A stretch of 64,000 nt of DNA from NCBI GenBank assembly GCA_965209155.1, contig OZ242383.1, forward strand, positions 1,984,001 through 2,048,000. The letters run 5' to 3'. Numbering within the stretch: the stretch's first letter is position 1; every line of letters begins with the position of its first letter. Shown in pieces: positions 30,150 to 40,187 of this stretch. Made by a program: the position numbers and the translations under genes. Source of the DNA: a bacterium. Its GTDB lineage: Bacteria > SAR324 > NAC60-12. Under the pieces are notes generated by a model. It did no database searches, was not told the origin of the DNA, and saw only the letters and a list, made by a program, of their open reading frames with translations.

Positions 30150-30508
30150 TTATTTTTGCTCTACTTTTCTATTGAGGCTCCCGAGCATGCGTTCAATCTC
30201 CCGTGTCTTTTCAGTTAGTTTTTCAAAGTCATGATTTGAAACAAATCCCAGATGGGGACCAATCTCCAACTGGGTTTGTAGTTCAATAATGATCCATTAG
30301 CAATTTGCAAAAAGCGGATGTAATCTTTTTTGGAGTTCTTCCCATAGCCTTCGGTAATATTACTGGGAATGGAAACAGCGCTCCGTCTGATTTGGCTGGT
30401 CAATCCATAGTGTTCCTCATGCGGAAAATCACGAGTCACTTTGTAAAAATCAGTGACCATGGCTATTGATTTTTACCAGACAATTAAATCCCGGTATGTT
30501 TTGATAAT
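30150..30508 (-). pseudogene. four-helix-bundle (23S rRNA IVP-like) protein with an internal stop and a frameshift
   Basis: KTYRDLIVW*KS..FPHEEHYGLTSQIRRSAVSIPSNITEG..FLQIANGS, frameshift, then ELQTQLEI..RMLGSLNRKVEQK*. Confidence 0.85.
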
Positions 30509-30571
30509 TAATCCTCTCCACTCACCTGATCAAGCAATAACTCCCCCTCAAAAAAACCAATACCGCAGTCA

Positions 30572-30684
30572 CCTTTGTGCCTTTGCACCAGTTATCGGTT
30601 GTCAGTTTTCGGTTGACAGTTATCGGTTGTCAGTTCCTTCATGAGTCTCCTTTGTGCCTTTGTGCCTTTGTGCCTTTGTGCCTT
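30572..30684 (+). repeat. TTTGTGCC octamer arrays enclosing six heptamers of consensus TTNTCRG
   Basis: Read directly from the sequence. Confidence 0.9.
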
Positions 30685-30864
30685 TCTAATTGAATCCCAA
30701 ATGGAGCTCTTAGTAAAATTTGTTCACCAAACATCAGTTATCAGAAAAAACATTTTAAGTTGTCATTACATACGCTACATTAGGCATCGACCGTCTCGAT
30801 TCACAAGCGTTCCCTCCAGACAAGGTGACGGTGTTATCCTGTTCCTTCTGTCTTTTTCATCCGT

Positions 30865-31965
30865 ATGCATGAAATCTTCGATAGACGCCGATTAAGTATC
30901 AAACCTTTGGCTTCCCGGCAATCAAAATCGGACCCTGGTATCATGATCGAAAAGGGAAACCCGCTCCCTCCACTTGCACCCAAAGAGAGGCGATTCATCG
31001 AATACCTGGCAGAAAAGATGAGAGCCTGCAGAAAAAAAGGCGCGCCGGTTATCATGGCTTATGGAGCCCATTTGTTCAAAAATGGACTGGCGCCCCTGGT
31101 TATTGAAATGATGGAGGCCGGTTATCTTCAACAGCTGGTGACCAACGGCGCGGGTTCCATCCATGATTGGGAAATGGCGTTTCATGGCCAAACCGAAGAA
31201 GACGTGCAACGCTACGTCAAAGAAGGGCAGTTCGGCATTTGGCAGGAAACGGGTTTTTATACCAACCTTGCTATTATATTGGGTGCGGCTCAAGGAAGGG
31301 GATACGGTCCTTCCATTGGCAAAATGATCCACGAAGATCGGCTGGATCTCCCAGCTCCCGGAACTTTGCGACAGGAATTGACCCGGGAATTGCAACGAGG
31401 ATCCATTTCTGCGCAATTCCCCGCAAAAGCGGCTTTAGCCCACACCCTGGAAAAATTTCGAATCACTCCGGGCAGAATGGAAGTCCTCCATCCTTATAAA
31501 AGGTACAGTATTCAGGAAACCGCCTATCGTTTGCATATCCCCTTCAACGTTTGCCCCGGTATCGGAGCCGACATCATTTATACCCATCCCCTCAATAACG
31601 GGGCAGCCATCGGACAGGCCGCCCTACAGGATTTTTTAACGTTTACGCAAGGGATCACGCAACTGGAAGATGGAATTTTCTTTTGCATCGGATCGGCCGT
31701 GATGGGACCAATGATTTTTGAGAAAGCAATCGCCATGGCACGGAATATGGCTCTCCAGGATGACCGTTCCCTTGATAATTACCAGATAGTCGTCAATGAT
31801 ATCCAACCGGGAAATTGGGATTGGCGCCGGGGTGACCCACCTGAAGACAATCCTGCCTATTACCTGCGCTTTTGCAAATCGTTTTCACGCATGGGGGGAG
31901 ATTTTCACTACCTGCAGTTGGACAACCGGGCCTTCATTCAGCACCTCCACCGACGATTGGTTTGA
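30865..31965 (+). CDS. conserved hypothetical protein, deoxyhypusine-synthase-like fold suspected
   Basis: AYGAHLFKNG, TNGAGSIHDWE and GSAVMGPMIFEKA resemble DHS-like NAD-binding proteins. Confidence 0.5.
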   Translation: MHEIFDRRRLSIKPLASRQSKSDPGIMIEKGNPLPPLAPKERRFIEYLAEKMRACRKKGAPVIMAYGAHLFKNGLAPLVIEMMEAGYLQQLVTNGAGSIHDWEMAFHGQTEEDVQRYVKEGQFGIWQETGFYTNLAIILGAAQGRGYGPSIGKMIHEDRLDLPAPGTLRQELTRELQRGSISAQFPAKAALAHTLEKFRITPGRMEVLHPYKRYSIQETAYRLHIPFNVCPGIGADIIYTHPLNNGAAIGQAALQDFLTFTQGITQLEDGIFFCIGSAVMGPMIFEKAIAMARNMALQDDRSLDNYQIVVNDIQPGNWDWRRGDPPEDNPAYYLRFCKSFSRMGGDFHYLQLDNRAFIQHLHRRLV

Positions 31966-32102
31966 ATTTTTCCTCGACATATTCCGACAAATCAGTTAAA
32001 AGCTGATGTCAGGTGAACAAGTATTGCAATAAAAACGCCTTTGCGCCTTTGCGCCTTCTTGAAGAAATGTCGCAAAATCGACTGAAATTTTTAAAAAAAG
32101 TG

Positions 32103-32130
32103 TTGACATCTTCAATATTTTAACTAATAT
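32103..32130 (+). promoter_or_regulatory. putative sigma70 promoter
   Basis: TTGACA-16bp-TAATAT with an AT-rich UP region. Confidence 0.45.
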
Positions 32131-32364
32131 GTCCCAATTATGTCATCGTGGATAGAAAGTGGTAACGGGGACATCATGTCACTTTCCTTTTCAAAAAAGG
32201 AATGCTCTTGATTACTCCGATTGGCAACTTTCATCATGGCAGGCGATAGGATTGATGTCAAAAAAAACTTGATATCCACGGGAGATGTATTTAATCTGAA
32301 GAAAAATCGGTGGTCGATTTGTATAATCGGCTAATGGAGAGTTCATTAAAATCAAAGGAGAGAT

Positions 32365-34134
32365 ATGAAAAGCAGAAATTTTCATTACCGTAGTGTTTTG
32401 TTTGCCGTATCGGCGACTTTTGTGCTAAGTGGTTGCCATACGCTTCAGGAACGAGCTACGGAATACGAGAATCGAATCAACAGCAAAGTCGCTGAAATCG
32501 AGCGTCAAATCGCGGAACGGGCTGATTTAGTCGACAGCCGTTACGAGGACCGCGTCGCGCATGTCGACAGCCGTTTCACGGAACGAGCCGCTCAAGTCGA
32601 CAGTCGTTTCGGGGACCGCGCCTCACAAGTCGATGGCCGTCTTGATCAAGTGGACAGTCGTTTCGCCGACCGTGCCTCACAAGTCGACAGCCGATTTGCT
32701 CAAGTCGATAGCCGTTATGAGGAACGAGCGGCTCGAGTCGATAGCCGCTATGAGGACCGGTCCACCCAGGTCGACGGCCGTCTTGCGGGATTGGACAATC
32801 GTATCACGGAGCGAGCCTCTGAAGTCGATAGCCGTCTTGCGGGAATCGATAGCCGCTACGCCGACCGTGCCGCTCAGGTCGACGACCGTCTTGGGGGAAT
32901 CGATAGCCGCTACGCCGACCGTGCCTCTGAAGTCGACGGCCGTCTTGCGGGAATCGATAGCCGTTACAACGACCGTGCCGCTCAAGTCGATAGCCGCTAT
33001 GAGGAAAGAGTGGCTATGGTCGATGAAAGATACGGGGAACGAATGGCTATGGTCGACAACAAGCTCGACCAGATGGACAGCCGCCATGCAGACCGGGTTG
33101 CTCACGTCGACAGCCGTCATGAAGACCGGGTTGCCCATGTCGACAGCCGCTATGAAGACCGGGTTGCCCACGTCGACAGCCGCTATGAAGACCGGGTTGC
33201 CCACGTCGACAGCCGCTATGAAGACCGGGTTAACCATGTCGACATCCGCTTCGCGGAACGAGTTGATTTCGTCGACAAACGCTTCGAGGACCGGGCCGCT
33301 CAAGTCGATGAGCGCTTCGAACAACGAGCCGCTCACGTGGATGACCGTTACGGACAACGAGTTGCTTTTGTCGACATGCAAATCGAGGATCGAGCCGTTA
33401 AAGTCGAGCGGGATATCAAGAACCAACTTTGCAAAGTCGATCTCATGATTGAAATGTATGATGTAGACAATCAATCATTTATTGGTGAAATTGAAGCTAT
33501 TCTGGACACGCAAGCAGAAATGAAAGACGGATTCCTCACATTTTCCATAGTGAAGAGCTGGTCGGAATTCGAGGAACAGATGATTCCACAGAGAATCAGG
33601 GAAATAGCCAATGATTTCAACTTGAGCGTTGCCTGGAACGAAGACGATTCACCTTCACTATGCTCCATCAACAGTGACGGAACCTTCACCTATGTCTCTC
33701 TTACGGCTTCAGTGGTGGGTACCGAGACCTCCGAAGTGAACATTTTGCTTGAAGGAAAGGTTTTGGAAGGCTCCATGGTCTACCTCGGAATCGATGATAA
33801 TTTTCTACTTCCCCTGGTGGAAAGTAACGTCTTTTCCGTAGATGTAATGCAGGATGGAACCTGGACCGCGCGCATCCGGGGTGAGATCGACCCCAGTCAG
33901 GCGGAATTTCCTGCAAAAATCTATACAATGGTCACCCGGAACCGGGAAATCAAGGGACACGAATTCAAGGTGGTTCAATACAGTGAATTCGACATCAAGG
34001 GATTGTCGGGACAATATTATGATCAACTGATCAAATTGGAAGATTCGACGGCTCAACCGGCTTGTCCACCTTCAGCGATACCTGCTGGTTTGATAGATTC
34101 TTTCAAGGGCGAACTGGGCGATTGTAAGATGTAG
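32365..34134 (+). CDS. lipoprotein with a long 11/7-residue repeat coiled-coil
   Basis: Lipobox LSGC; DSRYEDRVAHV-type repeats over ~300 aa; RBS AAGGAG. Confidence 0.8.
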   Translation: MKSRNFHYRSVLFAVSATFVLSGCHTLQERATEYENRINSKVAEIERQIAERADLVDSRYEDRVAHVDSRFTERAAQVDSRFGDRASQVDGRLDQVDSRFADRASQVDSRFAQVDSRYEERAARVDSRYEDRSTQVDGRLAGLDNRITERASEVDSRLAGIDSRYADRAAQVDDRLGGIDSRYADRASEVDGRLAGIDSRYNDRAAQVDSRYEERVAMVDERYGERMAMVDNKLDQMDSRHADRVAHVDSRHEDRVAHVDSRYEDRVAHVDSRYEDRVAHVDSRYEDRVNHVDIRFAERVDFVDKRFEDRAAQVDERFEQRAAHVDDRYGQRVAFVDMQIEDRAVKVERDIKNQLCKVDLMIEMYDVDNQSFIGEIEAILDTQAEMKDGFLTFSIVKSWSEFEEQMIPQRIREIANDFNLSVAWNEDDSPSLCSINSDGTFTYVSLTASVVGTETSEVNILLEGKVLEGSMVYLGIDDNFLLPLVESNVFSVDVMQDGTWTARIRGEIDPSQAEFPAKIYTMVTRNREIKGHEFKVVQYSEFDIKGLSGQYYDQLIKLEDSTAQPACPPSAIPAGLIDSFKGELGDCKM

Positions 34135-34336
34135 CCGACAGAATTCAAGTTGGCCGATTTTTCGAATCAGGTCGGTCCGGTTCTATCATTTCACGGGCTG
34201 AATGCGGCGATGGAGTGAGATTAATTCTTGCACCATCGCCTTCCCGGTCAGGGCGCTTCGCCCTGAGATTGATCTTTTACCCCAATGCTCCTCTCTAGTG
34301 AGGCAGTTAACCCTATTATAGAGATAAAAAAACGTC

Positions 34337-35305
34337 ATGACGAAACGAGTGATGGTCCAGACGGGTGTGCGAAAAGGTATACGGGAAGTTTTCGACCCTC
34401 GCCCCGATATCGAGTATGAGCTTTTTACCGAAACGTCGGAAGCAAACCTCCTGAAACGCATTGTGGATTACGATGCGGTGATACTCGGCCTCGCTCCCTT
34501 GACAGCCCCTATGGTGGAGAGGGCCACGCGTCTGAAAGTCGCCGCTCGTTTGGGAGTCGGTTTCGACTCCGTTGACGTTTCCGCCTTGACTCGAGCCAGG
34601 ATTCCACTGGCGGTTGTGGGCACTGCGAACTCCGTCTCGGTGGCGGAGCATACGCTTCATATGATGCTGGCACTGGCCAAATGCAGTCGCATTCATGATC
34701 GCGAGATAAGAAAGGGGAACTGGAGTATACGTAGAACGGTACCCTGTTTCGACCTCGCCGGTCGCAAGGTTCTCATGCTCGGTTTCGGCCGTATCGGAGG
34801 TTACCTGGCAAAGCGACTGGTTGCCATGGAGATGGAAATCTTCATTTATGATCCTTATATAGACCCCCAGGTCATTACAAGCGCTGGTGCCACACCTGTC
34901 ACCAATTGGCGCGCTTTACTTCCGCAAATCGATTTTCTCTCGGTAAATTGCCCCAAAACCAGGGAAACGGCAGGCATGGTCGGTACTGCGGAACTCGGAT
35001 CGATGAAATCCACCTCTTATGTCGTCAACACGGCTCGTGGTGGCATTGTCGAGGAAAATGCCCTTTACCAGGCGTTGAAGGAAAATACCATTGCAGGCGC
35101 AGGTCTCGATGCATTTGACGTCGAACCACCCCCTGCCGATTGTCCTTTTTACGAATTGGACAACGTTCTTCTTTCACCCCATATTGCCGGTACGACCGAA
35201 GAAGCCTTATATCGTATGGACTATCGTTCGGCTCAAAACATTGTCGATGCTTTCGACGGAAAGCTCGACCCGGATTATGTCGTCAACAAAGAGGTGCTCA
35301 ATTGA
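34337..35305 (+). CDS. D-2-hydroxyacid dehydrogenase (SerA-like)
   Basis: GVGFDSVD, GFGRIG, NTARGG and SPHIAG motifs. Confidence 0.9.
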   Translation: MTKRVMVQTGVRKGIREVFDPRPDIEYELFTETSEANLLKRIVDYDAVILGLAPLTAPMVERATRLKVAARLGVGFDSVDVSALTRARIPLAVVGTANSVSVAEHTLHMMLALAKCSRIHDREIRKGNWSIRRTVPCFDLAGRKVLMLGFGRIGGYLAKRLVAMEMEIFIYDPYIDPQVITSAGATPVTNWRALLPQIDFLSVNCPKTRETAGMVGTAELGSMKSTSYVVNTARGGIVEENALYQALKENTIAGAGLDAFDVEPPPADCPFYELDNVLLSPHIAGTTEEALYRMDYRSAQNIVDAFDGKLDPDYVVNKEVLN

Positions 35306-35473
35306 GGAGTTTTCCTTTTTCAGAGCAGGATCGGGAAGCGTGAAATAAAATCTTGCGTGAAAAAATTTGAATCAATGAATTTTTTGCTTGACAGTGGCAC
35401 TCGAAACAGTGTAGCACTAGCACGCTGAACAATTGTATATGTATAAAAACAATAAATGTTAAATTGATTGAAC

Positions 35474-35575
35474 GTGAATCAGGAGTTAAAAAAAGTGTCA
35501 TTCCTGGCTTGAGCAGGAATCCAGGGGAAGCGGTCGAAATTCTGGATTCCGTATCAAGTCCGGCATGACACATCA
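35474..35575. repeat. REP/MITE-like element copy
   Basis: GTGAATCAGGAGTT..GTCATTCCTGGCTTGAGCAGGAATCCAG..CTGGATTCC..GCATGACAC. Confidence 0.75.
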
Positions 35576-35613
35576 TAATATTGATTGAATTCAAACCAAA
35601 TAGTAGTGGTACC

Positions 35614-36624
35614 ATGGAAGCGATAAACGAAGTTAACGGAAAGGAAGTGATCCTGGACGTCAAGGGGTTGAGAACCCACTTCTATACGAATGAAGGAGTG
35701 GTCAAAGCTGTCGATGGACTCTCGTACCATGTGCATAAGGGAGAGTGCGTGGGCTTGGTGGGAGAAAGTGGCTGTGGTAAAAGCGTCAGCGCCATGTCGG
35801 TCCTGCGTCTCATTCCCTATCCCCCGGGTATTATCGAAGGCGGTGAGATTGTATTCAAGGGCGAAGACCTCTTGCAGGTCACGGAAGATCGGATCCGGGA
35901 TATCCGGGGTGACCGCATCGCGATGGTGTTTCAAGAACCCTCGACGTCTTTGAATCCGGTTTTGACGGTACGGCGTCAACTGTCCGAAGCATTGGAGTTG
36001 CACCGTGGGATGAATAAACGAGAGGCGCTTGAAGAAAGTATCAAATTGTTGGACCTGGTGGGTATTCCGGATGCGAGGCAACGAGTGATGGACTATCCTC
36101 ACCAGTTCAGTGGGGGCATGCAACAGCGCATCATGATCGCCATGGCGCTCAGTTGCAGTCCTGAACTGATCATTGCCGACGAACCGACAACCGCCCTGGA
36201 CGTTACGGTGCAGGCCCAGATTCTGGAGCTCATCGCCGGACTGCGAGAAGAGTTGGGCACGGCCGTCTTGATCATTACCCACAACCTGGGAGTGGTTGCC
36301 CGTTACGTGGACCGCGTCAACGTCATGTACGCGGGTTCACTGGTGGAAACCGGTCCCACCGAGGTCATCTATTCCGATCCCAAACATCCATATACTATTG
36401 GATTGCTGGCTTCAGTGCCCAGGTTGGATGAGCCCAAAGCCGAAGAGCTCGCGGTCATTGACGGGATGCCGCCAAACCTGGCAAACCTGCCAGTAGGCTG
36501 TCCCTTTGCGGAACGTTGCAGTTATGTCATGGATCGATGCCTCGAAGAAAATCCGCAGTTGGAACAAGTGGGCAAAGACCACTACCGCGCCTGCTTCTAT
36601 GAAGCGGCCCTATTGAGTCGATAG
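35614..36624 (+). CDS. oppD: oligopeptide/dipeptide ABC ATP-binding subunit
   Basis: GESGCGKS, YPHQFSGGMQQR and HPYT..GCPF motifs. Confidence 0.9.
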   Translation: MEAINEVNGKEVILDVKGLRTHFYTNEGVVKAVDGLSYHVHKGECVGLVGESGCGKSVSAMSVLRLIPYPPGIIEGGEIVFKGEDLLQVTEDRIRDIRGDRIAMVFQEPSTSLNPVLTVRRQLSEALELHRGMNKREALEESIKLLDLVGIPDARQRVMDYPHQFSGGMQQRIMIAMALSCSPELIIADEPTTALDVTVQAQILELIAGLREELGTAVLIITHNLGVVARYVDRVNVMYAGSLVETGPTEVIYSDPKHPYTIGLLASVPRLDEPKAEELAVIDGMPPNLANLPVGCPFAERCSYVMDRCLEENPQLEQVGKDHYRACFYEAALLSR

Positions 36625-36640
36625 AAGAAAGGAGGTCGAA

Positions 36641-37621
36641 TTGGCAGTACAAGAGGAAAAATTAGTCGATGTGGAAAATCTGGTGACGTATTTCCCGATT
36701 TTCAGCGGTGTTTTCCAACGCAAGACTGGAGAAGTGAAAGCCGTGGACGATATCAGTTTTTTTATCCGCCGGGGAGAAACCTTGGGATTGGTGGGTGAGA
36801 GCGGCTGTGGTAAGACCACCACCGGACGTTCCATTTTGCAACTTCAGGACGTGACGGGTGGAAAAGTATTGTTCGATGGCAAGAACCTGGTCGAGATGAA
36901 GGGAGAAGAATTGAGGAGGATGCGGGTCAACATGCAACCCATCTTCCAGGATCCCTTCGCCTCTCTCAATCCACGCATGACCGTGGGCGATATCATTGGT
37001 GAACCCCTGGTGGTTCACAAGCTGGCGAAAGGCGCCAAATACCGCGAGGAAGTCAGCAATTTACTGAGCATGGTCGGTCTGGAACCCCGTATGGCGGATC
37101 GTTACCCCCACGAGTTCAGCGGTGGCCAGAGACAACGAATTGGCATTGCGCGCGCCCTGGCGGCTCGACCTTCCTTCATCGTCTGTGATGAGGCCGTCTC
37201 CGCATTGGACGTTTCCATCCAGGCTCAGATCATCAAGCTGTTGATGACATTACGCGAGGAATTGCACCTGACTTACCTGTTTATCTCGCACGATTTGTCG
37301 GTGGTGCGCCATATCAGCGACCGGGTGGCGGTCATGTACCTGGGTAAGATCGTCGAGATCACGTCCAGCGAACAGCTCTACAGTGACCCCCAACATCCCT
37401 ACACGATCTCTTTGCTCTCGGCGGTTCCCATCCCCGACCCTGAAGTGGATCGTACCCGGGAGCGAATCGTGCTGACGGGTGACGTTCCCAGTCCGATCAA
37501 CCCGCCCAGCGGTTGTCCTTTTCACACCAGATGTCATATCGCGGTGGAAGAATGCAAAACCATGAAGCAGGACTTGAGAATCGTCGGCAATGAACACTGG
37601 GTCGCCTGTCATCGCGTTTGA
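36641..37621 (+). CDS. oppF: oligopeptide/dipeptide ABC ATP-binding subunit
   Basis: GESGCGKTT, FQDPFASLNPR and YPHEFSGGQRQR motifs. Confidence 0.9.
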   Translation: MAVQEEKLVDVENLVTYFPIFSGVFQRKTGEVKAVDDISFFIRRGETLGLVGESGCGKTTTGRSILQLQDVTGGKVLFDGKNLVEMKGEELRRMRVNMQPIFQDPFASLNPRMTVGDIIGEPLVVHKLAKGAKYREEVSNLLSMVGLEPRMADRYPHEFSGGQRQRIGIARALAARPSFIVCDEAVSALDVSIQAQIIKLLMTLREELHLTYLFISHDLSVVRHISDRVAVMYLGKIVEITSSEQLYSDPQHPYTISLLSAVPIPDPEVDRTRERIVLTGDVPSPINPPSGCPFHTRCHIAVEECKTMKQDLRIVGNEHWVACHRV

Positions 37622-37656
37622 TCGCATTGGATGTAATAAATGAGCAGAAAAAAACA

Positions 37657-37745
37657 TGTCATTCCTGGCTTGACCAGGAATCCAGAGGTATGAAACGCTA
37701 AGAGGATTGAAGTAATGGATTCCGGCTCGGGGGCCGGAATGACAC
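37657..37745. repeat. REP-like palindrome pair
   Basis: TGTCATTCCTGGCTTGACCAGGAATCC..GGATTCC..GGAATGACA. Confidence 0.8.
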
Positions 37746-37832
37746 ATGAGAAAAACGCTACTTCCCCTCATGTAATAAATAGTGTAGTTAAGATGACTTT
37801 CCTGGAAGGGGGTTTCAATTTCGTAGATATAT

Positions 37833-38816
37833 ATGGCTAAGAAAAAAAAGGAGGAGCAATCGGGTCAGAGCATGGTGAAAACCCTGGTTGCGGCGGTTAT
37901 CGTGGTTATCGTCATCGGGGCCATTGCCGGATATGCCATCTACCGGCAACAGATCGAACCCTTCGAGACGGTTGTTTTGAGGATCAACGATGCGAGCGTG
38001 AACATGCGTTACTTCCTCAAACGTTTGAAATTGGAGGAAGGAAATCTTTCTTTCGGTGGGGCCACTACCGTACTCAATCGACTGGCCATCGAGGAGGTCA
38101 TCCGTCAAAGCGCTCCCAAGGCGCCTTACAATCTCAAAGTCACGGATGAGCAAATCGACCAGTATTTAAGAAAAGTGGCCAGACGTGGAGCGGAATCCAT
38201 CAGTGAAAACGAATATGAAGAATGGTACCGTCAACAACTCAACCAGTCTCAACTGAATGATGAAGAGTTCCGGGAGATTGGGCGCATTGGCGTTTATCGA
38301 CAGGGTTTGACGGAATTTTTAGCGCAACGCGCGCCGACGGTGGCGGAACAGGTTCACCTTCACATGATTGCCCAACAGACCATGGAGCAGCTCATCGAGG
38401 TCAAGGAACGACTGGATGACGGAGAGGATTTTTTCGAATTGGCAGGGGAAGTCAATCTCTCCGTGGATGCGAGGGAGAATCGAGGCGACATCGGTTGGCA
38501 TCCAAAAAATTCGCTCAACCCGATGCTCGCGCACAGGGCATTCACGATCGAAGTCGGGGAGCCCAGTGAACCGATTCGACTATCAGATCAGCTTTTTGCC
38601 ATCATCCTGGTCAGTGAAAAGGCCGCAGCCCGGGAATTGAGTGAAGAGGCGCTTCAAATTCAAAGGGCGCGACTCGTTGATGATTGGGCAGCCAAGGAAT
38701 TTCAGTTCTATAAAATTACCTACCATGGCTTCAACAACGGTTGGGATTCAGAAACGGACGCATGGGCGCGCTGGCAGTTGATGAGAATGAAACCCGAGGA
38801 TGAAAAAGAGCAATGA
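37833..38816 (+). CDS. membrane-anchored parvulin/PpiC-type peptidyl-prolyl isomerase
   Basis: N-terminal TM segment; VHLHMI..GEDFFELA..GDIGW..SEPI motifs. Confidence 0.7.
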   Translation: MAKKKKEEQSGQSMVKTLVAAVIVVIVIGAIAGYAIYRQQIEPFETVVLRINDASVNMRYFLKRLKLEEGNLSFGGATTVLNRLAIEEVIRQSAPKAPYNLKVTDEQIDQYLRKVARRGAESISENEYEEWYRQQLNQSQLNDEEFREIGRIGVYRQGLTEFLAQRAPTVAEQVHLHMIAQQTMEQLIEVKERLDDGEDFFELAGEVNLSVDARENRGDIGWHPKNSLNPMLAHRAFTIEVGEPSEPIRLSDQLFAIILVSEKAAARELSEEALQIQRARLVDDWAAKEFQFYKITYHGFNNGWDSETDAWARWQLMRMKPEDEKEQ

Positions 38817-39748
38817 TCCGCATTGAAAATCTGACCAAATACTATGGAGAGCGCCTGGCGGTCGACGACGTCAATTTCAACGTCGCCAAAGGGGAAGTCG
38901 TCGGCTTCCTCGGTCCCAACGGGGCCGGCAAGACCACCACCATGCGAGCCATAACGGGCTATATCATGCCCAGCGAAGGCGAGGTCTGGGTCGGAGAACA
39001 CAACATGCGCCAAAATCCCTTGAAAGGACGCCAGCATATCGGCTATCTTCCGGAGACCATTCCCCTCTACACCGATATGACCACGCGAGCCTATCTCGCT
39101 TTCGCAGCCAGGTTGAGGGGGTTGGACCGGCAGACGACGAAGCGTCGTATCGACGAAGTCGTTGAAATCTGCCACCTGGAAGAGTATATTGACGTCGTCA
39201 CCGGTAAATTATCCAAGGGCTTTCGCCAGAGAGTTGGATTGGCCCAGGCGATCATTCATGATCCGGAGGTTTTGATTCTCGATGAACCGACGGTGGGCAT
39301 CGACCCGCTCCAGGTCGTACAGACCAAGGAGCTCATCAAATCGCTCGGTCAGCAGCGCACTATTTTACTTTCGACTCATATTTTGCCCGAAGTAAGCTTG
39401 ATTTGTGAGCGGGTAATCATTATTCATGAAGGTAGAATCGTAGCCGAGGATAGCATCGAGAACCTTTCTTCGATCCTCAAAGGGGAACAACGCCTGCGTT
39501 TGAAGGTGCAAGGACCGGTGGACCAGGTAAGCGACCACTTATCACAGATTGATGCGGTGCTCGAGGTCAGTTACGAGGAACCCTATCACCTCGTCGGCTT
39601 TTCCATGGACCAGGAACCCCAAGCGGCGATCAGCGAAACTCTGGCTGGACAAGGTTGGACCTTGCTCGCCATGGAAACCATGGAGATGAGCCTCGAAGAA
39701 ATTTTCGTCAAACTCACCAGTCAAAAGGAAATGGAAGCGCAGGCATAG
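38813..39748 (+). CDS. ABC-2 type exporter ATP-binding subunit (GldA-like)
   Basis: GPNGAGKTT, LSKGFRQRVG, DEPTVG and STHIL motifs. Confidence 0.88.
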   Translation: MIRIENLTKYYGERLAVDDVNFNVAKGEVVGFLGPNGAGKTTTMRAITGYIMPSEGEVWVGEHNMRQNPLKGRQHIGYLPETIPLYTDMTTRAYLAFAARLRGLDRQTTKRRIDEVVEICHLEEYIDVVTGKLSKGFRQRVGLAQAIIHDPEVLILDEPTVGIDPLQVVQTKELIKSLGQQRTILLSTHILPEVSLICERVIIIHEGRIVAEDSIENLSSILKGEQRLRLKVQGPVDQVSDHLSQIDAVLEVSYEEPYHLVGFSMDQEPQAAISETLAGQGWTLLAMETMEMSLEEIFVKLTSQKEMEAQA

Positions 39749-39945
39749 CGCACTGCTTCCCTCTTCATTGAACTGGAGCAAGTAGCCGTAGAATGGAATG
39801 AAAATTGAATGATGTTTATCGTGAGGAGTAAAATCAACGTTGCCTGTATGAATTTTGCGCAAAGCGGTTTTTCTTGCATAGAATCCGTGCAGGTGATATA
39901 AATCTGAAAAAAAATCAAAAAAAATTAATTTTTTTAAAAAAAGTG

Positions 39946-39974
39946 TTGACAACCTCGAAATTTCTTTATATAAC
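39946..39974 (+). promoter_or_regulatory. sigma70 promoter of the porin-like gene
   Basis: TTGACA-17bp-TATAAC with A/T tracts upstream. Confidence 0.6.
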
Positions 39975-40187
39975 CTTTGCAGACAGTCTCAAAATGTTTT
40001 CTCAGAGCTGCTCGACAGGAGGTTGTTTAAAGAAATGCGGTTTTGGAAAGAGGTGAGATGCTGATTGTCGGCCCGGTAGTTGTTTACCGGGTAGCTTAAA
40101 TCCCGGCGCGAGAAAATCTCGTGCCAAATATGCCACCCACGGTGGGTGGCGAGTTGTAAATTTGAATTCATTAAAGTAAGGAGTGAT

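Noticed and set aside
30033..30895. ORFs 30033-30218 and 30641-30895 with HKGTKAQR/LCAFVP repeats
   Set aside because: Translations of the octamer DNA arrays, not credible proteins
32561..33474. Long alternative-frame ORFs (295 aa and 265 aa)
   Set aside because: By-products of stop-poor tandem repeats in the lipoprotein gene
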